The position numbers were made by a program, and so were the translations under genes. Of a DNA stretch of 64,000 nucleotides, positions 24,601 through 37,737 are shown piece after piece (positions within the stretch are counted from its first letter, which is position 1; each line of letters begins with the position of its first letter). The notes under the pieces were generated by a model. That model was given only the letters and a program-made list of their open reading frames with translations. It was not told where the DNA came from and did no database searches. The DNA is from Massalongia carnosa (Eukaryota). The stretch covers positions 1,302,001 through 1,366,000 of the forward strand of contig OZ287078.1 of the NCBI GenBank assembly GCA_965645245.1, in the 5' to 3' direction.

Positions 24601-26006
24601 CCAATGCTGATGCTGAACTGATCTGAAACGAAGAGTGAGAGCGAGAGATTGAGATCGTGAGTCACGATTTGTATAAGAAAGGAAGACAGGATAACAATTC
24701 TCCCAATCCCTCAAATAATTAACCCCCCATTCAAGGAAACCGAAAAAACGAAAACGAAAATAATAATGATGATAAGTTTTTCTTTTGTGTTCGTTCTCCT
24801 ACATAACAAGTACATATGTAGGTACTCATGTCCTCTTCTTTTTCCTTCTCTTTTCTTCCCAATCTCCTTACCCTCTTAAATAGTTCCCTCTTTTTCTTTC
24901 TTAATCGTTCTTATTCTCAATCTCCTCAATCATCTCAAAATCATCAAATCCTCAACTTCCTCAACCTCAAAAATCTCAAAAATCTTATTCATTGAATAAC
25001 ACCCCCCCCCCCCTTCTCGCTATTTCATCAAGGGAACGAAAATGCCAGAAAACCCCTCTAAAATCCCGTACCTATCCTACATCATCCTATCATCTTGAGG
25101 AACCTTTTTGGATAGTGTTAAAAAGTTAAAAAAACGAAACCAAAACTACATAACCAAAAACTAATGACATCAACGACACCTGAAAGTTTCTCCCTCGATT
25201 TCTTTCCTTTTTATTACGAGGACTTTTGCCATCCCGACCATCTCACCTACCCATTCCCATTCCACCATCCTACCCAATTCCACCTCATCCCATCCTATCC
25301 CACTTGCATACATACATACACCCAGCCCGCTCACGGAAGCACCAAGATGCTAGTAAGGCTGCTGTCTATCTCCCTTTATATATTCATTTATTCATTTATT
25401 TATTCGGTGTGGGATGATAAATATTATATGTATTTATTTATCACCCTCCCAATTCCCGGGTAGTAAAATAAGGGAAAACCCTTAACTAACCCTGGCCGTC
25501 TTGGGTGGATAGGTGAGAGGTAAGTAGGTAGGTAGGTAGGTAGGTAGATAGGTAGATAAGTATTAAAGTAAGTAAGTATCCCCTCCCCCCGTAATATTTC
25601 CTGCAAAAAACTCCTCCAACCCCCATACCCCCCCAAGAATCCCCAATCTGCGTGCTGAGCTAATTTTCGTAGACTCCAATAATCGAATGGGTGGCTAGTT
25701 GTAAGTAAGTGCATAAAGATGCAGCTTCCTCCCCCCCCTTTTTTCTCCCTCCCTTTATAATTGCAATCTCCATCGCTGGCGCTTTTGTTGCAGTCCACCC
25801 GCCAGATCCGAGCCATTATGAATAGAGACTTAAGTTTTTAGAGGGAGGGAGAGAAGGTAGACGAAGAAGGAGAAGCAGGATGGATCAAAAGGTGTTGAAG
25901 GGAAAAAGACGCCAATCCACGCTATGCCATATGATAAGATGCGATGCCTGTAGAAAATAGCCGCCAGAAGGAGATGAATGAGGAAGGGAGAGGCGCGCCC
26001 GTAGAT

Positions 26007-27499
26007 TCAAAACCTATGGTAAACGAGTAGAGTGAGCCCAGTTTGTTTCATCGCTCTGAGACTAATGATCCTCTTTTGACCCGAAAAAAACACACACAAA
26101 AGCGACAAACGTACCTAATCTCATAGCTGCCCGCACGGGTCATGTACCGCACCCATTTCACACTCCCGTAATTGCCCTTTTCAAACACCTTGAGATACCG
26201 GACCAGCAAGCCGCTGCTAGTGAACATGAGCAGCGAAAATCCCAGGCTGAGCGGCGGCCGGCTCCAGGCTTTCTGATGCGTCGTGGCCGTCAGCGACGCC
26301 TCGGCCGACAGCACGTACTCGCTCTGGCCGGTGAAGCGCGCGATCTTCCACACGATGTTGTTCTGCTCCGGCTCGTAGCGGGCTTTCCCCTGGCTGGTGC
26401 GCTCCGTGATCTTGGCCGTGTTGAGCGGGGTTGGCACGCGCACGATCACGTTGGTGGCGAAGAGCTTGCTGCCGTAGTTGGCCTTGATCGCGATGCTGTA
26501 CTCGACCTTGGAGCGGCCTAGCTCGTTGACAATGGCGTGGACCTTGAACGGCAGGTTAACGTTTTCCGTCGCGCGGTATCGCATGAGCTCGAACTCGCCG
26601 TCCGGCGGCACAAAGCTGATGATGCGGTCGGCGTCAAACTTGCCTAGCTTGACGCACTGGTGGAATTGGCAATCTTCGAGAGTGACGCTTCCCGCCGCCG
26701 CCTTGGTGGCTTTGGTACCTGCTTGGTTGCCCGAGGGCGCGGAGAGGCTGTCGCCGTCGAGGAGGAGCCGATCGTTGAGGCCGAACTTGCATTCGGGGGT
26801 GCCGGAGAGGTAGGCACGCATGACGATTTGGCCGTTGACGTCGGCGCGGAGGACGGTACCGGTGGCGGACATGAGGAGGTTGACGTCTTCGATCACGTCG
26901 ACGAACGCTTCGTTCTTGCGGTATTTGATGTCGGAGCGGCGCCATGAAAGGGCGCCCGTGGCTTGCATGGTGATGCGGGAGGAGTCCTCCGTTGTTCGTT
27001 CCGACTTGACGCCCTCGGTGGTGATGTACATCTTCAGCGTGTCTGTTTCCGTGTTCTGTGGATATCCAAAATCCAATATCTCTGCGCGCATCAACATCGT
27101 CTCTTCTTGCCTCGCGGTAGATGGATCAATCCCCCCGGTGCCCAGGAACCCTCAAAACATACCATCCAGAAGTTCATACACCAACACAAAATTATTCTTC
27201 ACGGCCTCCTCGTCAAACTTCCCGAAATAGCCCTTCCCTAGTGCCACCAGCCGATAGAGAAACTCAAACACCAGCGCCGCATTGGCATTGCTCTTGGTCA
27301 CGGCGACCAGGTAAATATTTTCGTGCTTGACATGACTAAAGGTCGTCGAACCAAGCGTGAGGATGGGGGACCGCACTTGGGCGTTTGAAATGACCTGAAT
27401 ACGAAAAACGTCGGCGAGTCGCGGCCTACAGTCATTGCGAAAGGCACGGAAAATGAGGTTCTCGCCCTTCTGATTGAAAATCAGGATCCCAGATATCAT
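26007..27499 (-). CDS. APM4: AP-2 adaptor complex mu subunit
   Basis: [89 protein letters not shown]. Introns approx. 27082-27162 and 26014-26114. Confidence 0.95.
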
Positions 27500-28126
27500 G
27501 GCTGTTTGGAGGTAGCACCGACACGCAAGTTGGTGATATACTCTGTATGTTCACTTCAGTCCGGAAATAAGCCCAGGAACATAAGTCGCTGCCATAATCT
27601 CAACGCAAGCTGATAGGAGTGCGGGGTACAGACTTCCGGCCCCCGTCAATTTTATTCACGCTTTAGAAAATCTACTCCGTCCTGGTGCTGCATCTCTATG
27701 TAAATGTCAAGGGAAACTGTGAATAAAGGCCTATTGAGCAAACCTTTTCTCATCTCCTAATTCTCATAGCTGGCGGAGTACCTAATATCCGATTCCTGTT
27801 GTCCGCAACCAGCGCATCCTATCTGAAGGCGCTTGCCTTCTCCTGCTCCATCCACCCACCTAATGATACAGGAACATGCAAAGGTTTAAAGCTAAGAAAA
27901 TCCCCTTTGGACCTTCCCGGGGGATTCGTACAAACGCCAATGTTTTTTCCATATCCTATCCTTAGTCACAACATCTTATCCCATCTCACCTCGTACAAAT
28001 AACCTCGCTCTTTCTGATGGTGACGTATAAATCCTAGCCCCAACATCATGCATCCTGCCTCCAACATCTTTGGTTCAACAATGTCTGAGATGGCACAAGA
28101 AACAAATGTAAGAATTATGGCACGCC

Positions 28127-31100
28127 TCATAATCCATCGGCAATCGCAAGCTTTTGTTTGGCGGTCTTAGCCTTCTTCGATATGCCCTTGGGTTTCCCCG
28201 CAGCGCCCCTTTTTCCTGACGTGGCCCCTGGACCCAAATCCCCCGCGTCGATTGGAGTGGCCGCACCGGAAGGTTTGTTGCTCCCATCGTCGAAGTGCCC
28301 TTCACCTGTGTTTTAACAAGGTCAGTCATACCGTTGAGGCCGAATAGAGAAGAGGCGGTGTTTACCTTCATGATACATGTCGTCCAAACTCACATCCTTC
28401 TTTCTACCGCCGCTCTTGGCTTTTTTCCCGCCTTTCTTAGCCTCTTCGCCTTTCTCCGCCACTTCCTTCTCCTTTCTTTCAATCAGTTCCGCTTGTTCGT
28501 CGTCCGCCAGCCAGAGCGCAATATCTTTGGTGCGATTTTCTTTGCTTCTCGTGTTGAAATCCACCCCAGCCCCGCTGCCACCGGATATGACCACACGTTG
28601 CACCTCCTCCTTCTGCAAGGCCCGCTTTCGGATCCGCTCTTCGATCGTCCCACGGGTGATCATGCGATAGACTGTGACCTGCTTGGTTTGGCCAAGGCGA
28701 TGAGCACGGTCCATGGCTTGGGAGTCAATCGTGGGATTCCAGTCGGAATCATAGAAAATGACAGTGTCGGCAGCGGTGAGATTAATGCCGAGACCACCAG
28801 CTCGGGTTGACAGCAAGAAGATGAAAATATCTGGTCTGGTTTGAAAGTCATGAACCGTGTCCCTGCGATCCTCAAGCTTGGTCGAACCGTCAAGCCTTAG
28901 GTACTTGTAGTTACGATAGGTAAGGTACTCTTCCATGAGATCGATCATCTTCGTCATCTGGAAATAAAGGAGAACGCGATGCCCTTCGTTCTTGAGATTG
29001 CGGAGCAACTGATCAAGCTTGGCAAGCTTACCGGAATCGGTGACAAAGCGACGCATAGACGGTACTTGAATGTTTGTGAACCCTGTCTTCTGCGAGAGCG
29101 GCTGTGGAAGCATGTCACATACCGGTCTTGCATTGGGGTCAACGTCAGCTTCGAGGAGAGCAAACTCATCTTTCTCCGAAAGGCCATAGAGCGCTTTCCG
29201 GAGCGGGATGTTGAACAAAGCATTCTCTTTCTCGATGCGTGCACCCTGGTTCGAGCAAGCGACCTGAATTGGAGGAGCGGATGCTCCAGGCCTAGCACAT
29301 TGCTCTACCAAATCCAGCCCCATTTCTTCAAAGTTGTCTTTGGAAACACTAAAAAGTTTTGCCATCCGACCCTCGGTGACCGCTGAGGCAAGCGGGGCCC
29401 GATCGTTCCCATCCACGATGTTGAACATGGAATGTACCGGTACGAAGCCTTGATCATCGCCCTCGTCATAGACAACACCAAACCTACCGAGCCGTGAAGC
29501 CTTGCCTTTGAGTCCAATTGCTCGCTCGGCCGGGCCTTTGTGGGAGGCGTCGTAGACTTCGGACGGGGAGACATCTGCAAACCGCAACCATGCGAAAGCA
29601 TCACTATTTATTGAGCTCCTCTCTATGTTTTCAGGAGTCCAGATGTTCATCAACTGCTCCAAGTATTTCGTATTAAAGCCAGCCTTGTCGTTACCTGGAC
29701 CAGCTACATCGAGACAGGCTTCAGGGCTGCAGAGTAATCGAGGGAGATCGTACTCAACTAGATTCCTTGTAGAATACCCTACATTGACATTATGGCCTTC
29801 TCTCAAGAACGAGGCTGTCTCCGCAAAATGAGCCACTGAAAGAGGGGATGTTGTCTCGGCTCTCTCGAATAAGTCTGGATGGTTACAAACCTTCCTGAAT
29901 TGCATGACCAGATTCATCAAAGTGGCGGTGTCTTGATCGTCACCAATGGCAGCCTTCTCGATCAAATCCATGATACTTATGCGGTTTCGTAGATTGCCGT
30001 AGTATGCCCTTTGCCGGTAAGTCAGATCGCAGAAGATGTCTTCTTCAATCTTATCGCCAAGCTCCTTCTGAACATGCTTCTTGATTCTTCGCAACATGAA
30101 TGGCTTGAGGATCATGTGCAACCTCTTGAGTTGATCCTCGTTCAGCTTGGTGTTGCTCTGAGCATGGCTTTCAATATCTTTGGAGAACCAGTCACTGAAC
30201 TCGTCGTGGGAGTCGAAAAGACTCGGCATAATGAAGTGCAGCAATGCCCACAGCTCCTGCATGTTGTTCTGGATCGGTGTTCCCGTTAGAAGGAGACGAT
30301 TCCGGCAATGAAATCCCAACAAGCTCTTCCATCTTGAGCTTTGAGATGATTTGATGGCTTGGGCTTCATCCAGAATCATGTACTGCCAACGGATTTTCTG
30401 GAAATATTGAGTGTCTTGAACAACCAGCTGATACGATGTTATGAGAACGTGAAAAGGCGAATCTTTGGTGTAGGTGATGTGTTTTCGGTCCCAGAATTTG
30501 CGGAGGACTTTCCTGTCTTTCGCGTTGCCCCAATAAGGGAGACATTTGATGTCCGGGACGAATCTGGTAATTTCTTGCTGCCAATTATGCAGCGTCGATG
30601 ATGGTGCGATGACCAAGAACGGACCCCAGATGTTGTGCTTCTCGGCAAGGTAGCCCATGACCGATATTGACTGCACCGTTTTGCCGAGACCCATCTCGTC
30701 GGCGAGGATGCCGTTGATACCTTGCTCGTACAGGTTAACCAACCAATTAAGTCCTTTTAGCTGATATTCCTTGAGTTGAGTCGTCAACATCTTAGGCTGA
30801 GAGACGTCAACATCGCCCAGGCTTGTGGGGTTTTGGAAGTTCATTTCGCCTTCGTCAAACTGGGCTTGAAGCTGATTGTCCTCGCCATTGAAAGCCCGCG
30901 CTTTGTTTTGAGCCTCTTGAACAGCGTTTTGTGCGTTGGCCATCGCGGCTTGTTTTAACGCCGTTTCATCTTCGGCATCGAAGTCGAGATCCTCAAAATT
31001 GGTAACTTTGGCGCCTACATCGCCAACATCTTCAGGAAGGCTGATTGTGTTCGCTGGAGGCGCGCTAGGTGGGAGGCTTTGTCCGGATACCGCCACGTCT

Positions 31101-33490
31101 ACGCTATCCGTGGATCGTTCCACTTCGTCTGTCTTGATCTTCCGCCCTATAAAGTGGGAATAGAGCTCGGTCTGGGAGATTAAGAAATTAAGCTTGCGTT
31201 TTTGTCGATTGGCTTCGCGATCGGCTTCAGCCTTCTTTGCATTCTCCAGCTCCTGCTTTTCGGCCACCCTTCGGAGATCCCGCTCTTCCCTTTCGTTGCG
31301 TTTCCAGAACGACATCATCTCGCGCATACTCCTCTTGGCTCGAGCTTGCACATCCTTCGTGCCTTTGTTGGTTCGTAGCTGCCAACGCCGAGCCTCTTTC
31401 GACGCAAGCTGAGCTGTCTTGCGCAGATTGGACTGTTTCGTGGATAGCGAGTTATCCTTGATCCGGCACACTTTGGGAACATCCTTGCGAGCGATATCTT
31501 TCCAGATCTGGTCGTAGATCTGAACGTATCCCTTGGAGGTGAAGTTGGTGGTTAGGGTTGGGGGGGGGGAGGCCTCCTTGGTGGGCTTGATTTCTTTCGT
31601 TTCTCTCATCAACGGCTCTCGCCGGTTTTCCTCCTTTGGCGCAATCAAGACCAACTCCTCTCTCTCCATGGCGGCATAAGCGGCTTCCGCAGCATCCTTC
31701 TCCGCCTGCTTCTTTTCCTTGGTCTTCTTGGGCCGAATCGTAGGACCCTTCACCTTTTTCTTGGGAGGTTCCGGGGAGGCATTGTTGCCGGTCTGGAAGG
31801 TGCTCATCGTGCCACCCTCTAGGTTGGGTGCCATGGGGGTCACTTCTCGGATTTCTTCCGGCGCATCGCCTCGCTCCAAGATTCGCTTGGTCGTCTTGGC
31901 TTTTTTCTCGGCTTTTTGCGCTTCTTTCATATACTTCTCCCGTTCGGCCTGGTCCACAGCCATTTGGGCTTTTTCGGCCATTTCGTAATGCTTCTGGGTT
32001 TCCTGCGCATAGGTCTTCTCGCGCCGTCGTTTCCGTTGCATATCCTTCTTCCGTTCCTTCTCGTCCTGAACTTCCTTCTGCTGAACCTGATGAAGAGCGG
32101 CGGCTTCGTATATCTTGCGAAACCGTTGTTTCCCCGACTGAGCATAGACATCGAGTTGTGCGGAGACTGCTTTGGCGGTGGCGGTGCGTCGCCGCTGACG
32201 GTGTTTGTTAGCGTTTGGAGGGTTCGACCGGTTCATCAGCGATCGCTTACCTTGCGCCTGCCATTTTCTGCCTCCTCCACCTCCAGGTATCGCTTTTGGG
32301 TTGAAAGCACATGATCATTTTTCGCTGTGGCCCATTTCGGTGATTCAATATCGCTCAGTTCCATCGCATCGATTTTTGCCATTTCCTTCCTCACCTTCTC
32401 GTTTTCCTTGTCGGACGCTACTGCGCTAGCTTTAGATTTATGATTGAAAACCTTCATAGGCGCAGCCGTCTCCACCTCGGCCTTGGCAGGGCGTCGCATG
32501 AGACCCGGGTAATCACTCGACGATGGTGTAGCTTTTTGGGATGGCTTTCGGGGCACTACCGGGCTGGACGAACCCTCTCCATTCACCGCGTGAGAAGATC
32601 GGCGAAATTGCTTAGTGGACGGTACCGGGCGGGAAGTCGGCTTTAGCGGCTCCACGGCGTTGTTGGACAAGATGCTTGAAAACGCCATGGGATCCGAAGT
32701 CCTTGGGGTTCTTTGTTCTGCGTTGCCCCCCGTCTGCATGGAGCGCGAGAGATCCGTTTGATTCACATCGCGTGAAGGAGGACGATCCACCGTACCGTTC
32801 AGCCTCAGCGTTGAGCTCGGATTTCCCTGGAGGATGGGGGACTCGGCGGCGCTGCGAGCAGGGGATTGAGGAATTGAGTTATGCCTGCTCGGTGGGTGCG
32901 CATGCGAGGCGGGAAACGTAGGCGATTGCTGAGGAAAATGAGGTCCTGTCGGGGAATGGTAGGTGCTTGGGGATGTTCTCGGTTCGGTGAAGTAGCCGGA
33001 GAACGGGGGAGGGTCTCGACTCTGTAGAAGATTTCCCATCAGCAACGCCCTCTCCTGTTAGACCTTGGCGGTTACTGCTTACCTGAACTGGCGAGTGGGT
33101 CGGGTAATGTGAATGACTCCGGCTTGTCTGTCCCTCACGATGTTCGGATGTGGGATCATAAAAGGTCGAGTTTCCTGCCTCCCTCGCAAGGTACGCCGAG
33201 CCACCATGTCCCGGTCCCGCCGACTTGGGTGACGGTGGTGGTCCGAGTCGAGGGCTTATGCCGGACGGTATGGCGATGGCTGCTGAGGTCGACGGGCGAG
33301 ATGCGTACTGATTAAATGGTGACGGAGGGTGGGTCCCGTTGGTTGGCGAGTAAGCTAGGTATTGGGTCGGCGATCGCGCAGTGGTGAACGGAGGGATTTG
33401 CTGCGTGTTCACGGCGACTTTACTCTCCCGTCGTAACCGATCGTCTTCATCGGGCGATCTCCGCAACCCCGATGCAGGAGTAGGATACAT
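28127..33490 (-). CDS. INO80: INO80 chromatin-remodelling ATPase
   Basis: DBINO region ([18 protein letters not shown]), SNF2 motifs ([28 protein letters not shown]), long insertion, [13 protein letters not shown] and [11 protein letters not shown]. Three introns near 33025-33082, 32195-32251 and 28307-28365. Confidence 0.97.
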
Positions 33491-35092
33491 GGCGCGCAGA
33501 AATGCCAGGCTGTAGGGTCATTGAATGAAAACAATAATTGGGCTGGATCTAATGACCGGATAGGTTGACGAGAGGGCGTTGACTCAGCGACATTCGAGCC
33601 AGGTGATGGTGGTCAAGCGGTGGTTGTGTCGTCGACAAGACGTTGTGTTTGTAGGGCAGTGAGATTCCGGTTGGTTGCAGCAGGTCCGTCGACGTTTTAC
33701 GAACAAGAACAAGAACAAGGTCGGAACCAGGAAGGGCGTTGATTAAAAGGTGGCATCGATCATGATACGTTGACACGCGTGATCCGGATGAATACCGACC
33801 AAGTGGGTTCAATGGGGCAGGCGCGGCTGTGTAGGTTATTTTTTCTTCCCCGTAGTTAGTGATGGGGGGGGGGATGGATGATTGATCTTTATGAGCGACT
33901 TCGTCTGCAAAGGGAATGGATGACGGGACAAGCCATGGTGTTGAAGGGGGGCGGTGGTGAATGGTAGCAGTGTGGTAAAGATGCACCTTGGGCTTGTTGG
34001 AAAGGAGGTCCCATGCTGGAACGATCATTATTTATTTAACGCTTACTTACTTTTGGGTCGAAAGCGTCCGTCACTCTACCGCAAATGGGTGATTCTCTCG
34101 TAGAGAGGTGTTTTCTTTAGTTGCCAACCTTTTTGGTGGTGCTACAGCGAGAAACTCAATACGCAGGCACCCTATCAAGCTACATACCTACCTTGCTGCA
34201 TGTCTGTCGTGTGTTTCTGTTTCTTTCTCATATTTCCTACATTGACGAGTTCACCGATTTTATTGATCGAGTACAGTGTACATCATTGCGTTTTGCCGGA
34301 TTGCATAGGTATTATTGTTGATGGGGGCAAGCAGGTATGCCTGGTATGCCTGGTATGTCTGGTATTAGTGATATGTACTCGGTATGGTACTTGTGTACCG
34401 GGTACGGCATTGTGGGTGTCAGTGGGTGTCAGTGGGTGGAATGAAGAATGGGGAATGGGTGAATGATGCGGCTAGAACGGATACTGCAGGACCTACTCTG
34501 AAAGTCTGATACTTTGATACTCTGTAACTCTGTAACTCTGTACCCTGTAATTCACTTCCGTAACTTACACGTCAAAGTTACTCCACCACCGCCTTCAAAA
34601 GACTCCAAATCTCCCAAAGTGTAAAGATCTGCGCTCCCCTTACGGCTTAGCGGATTAATCCCTGCCGGCGCCACCCCGTCACTCCTCAAATCATTCGAGA
34701 CTTCGCGCTTCACCCCCGCCATCCCTCCGTTCCTAATCGCTGGCTTTGTACAGAGTACTCTGTACGAGGTACTCCTACCGAAACCGAGTACATGGACAGA
34801 GTACCGAAAAGTACAGAGTACAGACGATCGTACGCTGACGCATCCTTGCTATACAAACATATTCAATGGCATGGCGGAGTACTCTACAGACAGAGTGAAC
34901 AACGTGAAGGACATTGGGCCCCCTCTCTGCAAGTGTGAGAGCTCGAGTGGCCGCGTCGTTCGTCGTCGACCCTAGGCATTTACCCTCACATTCTGCCCGG
35001 CCTGATTCCCCACCGTCCGGCCTATGATGCAACGCCAAGAGATAGGTATTATAAATCTTTCCGGTGGTATCATTGATATCTATAAGTCACAC

Positions 35093-37373
35093 CTAAACGT
35101 TGCCACCGGGACCCCCACCTTTCCGATTCTGATCGAGCAGCAACTTGGGCTTGATGAATCCCTCGTCCAGCTGCGTGAACCAGGCCGCCTGCTCGTCGGA
35201 CGTCCCCGAGAAGAATTGGCTGATCGCGTCGCTGGCGCTCAACTGGGTGTCCTTGGCCGGGGGATGGCTACCCGTCTCAGTCGGCTGGTTTGTCGACAGC
35301 CGTGTACTCTCACGAGGTGGCGGGGACAGTTTTTGCTTGGGGGAACGCGTGCGAACTGCTGGCGGTAGATCGCTGTCAGAATAGGAATCCTCGTCGCTGC
35401 GAGCGCCATCGCCCCGGTCCAACAGACTTTCTCGTACCGCCGCCGTATGTAGCGCCACAGAAGAGTTCTTCCGGCTGCTCGCTGAAGTTGGTCGGACGGG
35501 GGGGCTTTGGCTGCTACTACCGCTGCTGTAACCCTCACCGTCGGTTTTACCGCCTCGATGGATACGCAAGCCAGCTTTGTCAGGGGGAAGTGTCCCATTC
35601 CCACGTTTCGGCAGATGGCCCACGGCGTTTCCGGTGCTCTTATAGTAAGTCCCGTTGGTGGAAGTCTCGATATCAAACTCGTCATCGGAATCGATTTCTT
35701 CTACCACCCCAGTCCTGATGCCCATGATCTCCAGCATTCGGGCCGTGGTGCCGCCAAAAATGATAACCGTAAGCACCACCACCACAAGGATCGTGGCTTG
35801 CAACACGGGAACGTTCGCCCCTGCCTTCAAGCTGGCCGCAAGGGCTACTCCGACGGCACCACGCAGTCCAGCCCAAAATAACATGACTTGATAGGAGTGG
35901 GGAAGCTCATCTGCCACGTCTTTGCCGCGTCGCTTCGCCCGGTAACGAATAACCCAGTTAATCACCCTAGACAGTGGAAACACCGCGGCCCATCTTGCAA
36001 CACAAATTCCGATGATAGTGATGAAGATGAACAAAGGTTTGAAGTGCAATGTTGTCTTGGTGAAGAGAGTTAGACCCAAATAAATAAAGATGAAATTCTC
36101 CGATAATTGAGCCATGACCTGAAAGAGGTATTTTGTTGTTAGCTGCGTTCGACGGGACATATTGTAGTAGGCATAATGCTTGAGCGTGATGCCGCAAAAT
36201 AAGAGGCTGACGATGCCTATGAGAACGTCAGTGCTCTGCTAGCTTACCCATCAATTCCAACAACCTACCGGACATATATGCTCCATTGGCAAAATAGTAG
36301 CTCGCGTAAGCGATTAGGAGAATCAAAGAGCTTTCAATCTTCGGAAACCGGCGGACAAGCGTATATTTCAACCCAAGCGCTGTAGCGATACCGACAATTA
36401 CGCCTACCAACAAGCTACCGAAAAAGACTAGGAAAAATATGCCAATGGCCTCAAACAGGCTCGTGATCGTCAAGGTTGCCGCTTTATCCCCATCGGTCCC
36501 ATACCTTTGAGCAGTCTGGAAAATAACGATTGCGATAGCATCATTCAAAATTGATTCTCCGAATATAACGGTGTAAAGCTTCGGATCAACCTTGTAAGTA
36601 TTGAATATTGCAAGAATGGTAACTGGATCTGTAGCTGATAAAGTTGCGCCGACAGATATAGCCTCCACGAAAGAGATCTTGAAACCATCCAGTGGGATGC
36701 GAGTCCACAGCCACAGAAACAACCCTAACACAATTGCCGAAATGAACGTTCCCGCAAAGGCGAAGGTCAGTATTGTACCAGTGTTACGAAAGAAGTTTGC
36801 CTAGTAATCCATTAGAATGTTGAAGTTTCAGCTGATAGTGAGAAATTTACCTGGTGAAGCTCATACCCAGATGCTAGAATGATGGGCGGAAGCAGCAAGT
36901 TGAAGAAGAACGCCTGATTAAAGCTCACGGTGCTTTGAATAAACGTGCCCTCTGTCAACTTAATTACCAATCCCGCAAGCATCCCTAAAACTATCAACAA
37001 CGGACATTTTAGTACGGCATTGTAGGAGCCTGACCTGCAAAGATGGACAGAACAGTCTCATGTACCGCCTGGATTTTCTTGTGCTGTAGCATATAGCTGG
37101 CGAATAGAGCGATAATGAGGAGCATGATGAGGATGAACAGTGCCCATGAAGACAGGATCTCCTTCTTGGCTGGATCCGGATCTACATATTTGGTATTAGC
37201 AATGATTTACGGCTTTATAAATCCTCAAGGCCACTAACCATCCTCAGGATCCGCATCGTCCGTCTCTCGCTCTGCCCGACCTTGTTATCAGCGCTTTTTC
37301 GTCTGGAATGAAGAGTTGAGATTCATTGCGTACTTAAGAGTTCGAAAACAGCGCTTCCAAGCAGAGAAGCCAT
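35093..37373 (-). CDS. NHX1: Endosomal Na+/H+ exchanger (CPA1/NHE6 family)
   Basis: HETVLSIFAG, FFNLLLPPII, LSATDPVTILAIF, IFGESILNDAIAIV, FWAGLRGAVGVAL. Multi-intron gene with ATG at 37373. Confidence 0.93.
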
Positions 37374-37737
37374 GTTTGACAAATCAAACAAAGCAGCGAA
37401 CTTCTTTTACAAGAAAGATTCTTGCAAACGATCCATTAGGATAGACCGGTGATGAATCGAGAGCGGTAGTACACGCTAGGTAACATCCAACTTCGAGAAC
37501 GCACAAGATATGTCGTGTGTGTCGTGGAACAGGATTTGTAGAACTCTTAATTGTCGTGATGATTGCATGAAATATGAGAATAAATCGCTCGATTGCTATG
37601 GCACGGAAACATGTGACAATAGGTTCGGGATATATTTAACCCTCCATATGAGGGCGAAAAGAACAGAGTACCAGGTTACTGGTATCAGCGCTCAATGCGG
37701 GATTACCTAATTAAGACAAAAAAGACATGAGGCCGTA

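Noticed and set aside
24394..24714. Poly-Leu and poly-Phe ORFs
   Set aside because: Translations of the (GAA)n microsatellite; no other coding signal.
26276..27330. Many overlapping ORFs over the AP-2 mu gene
   Set aside because: Shadow frames caused by high GC3.
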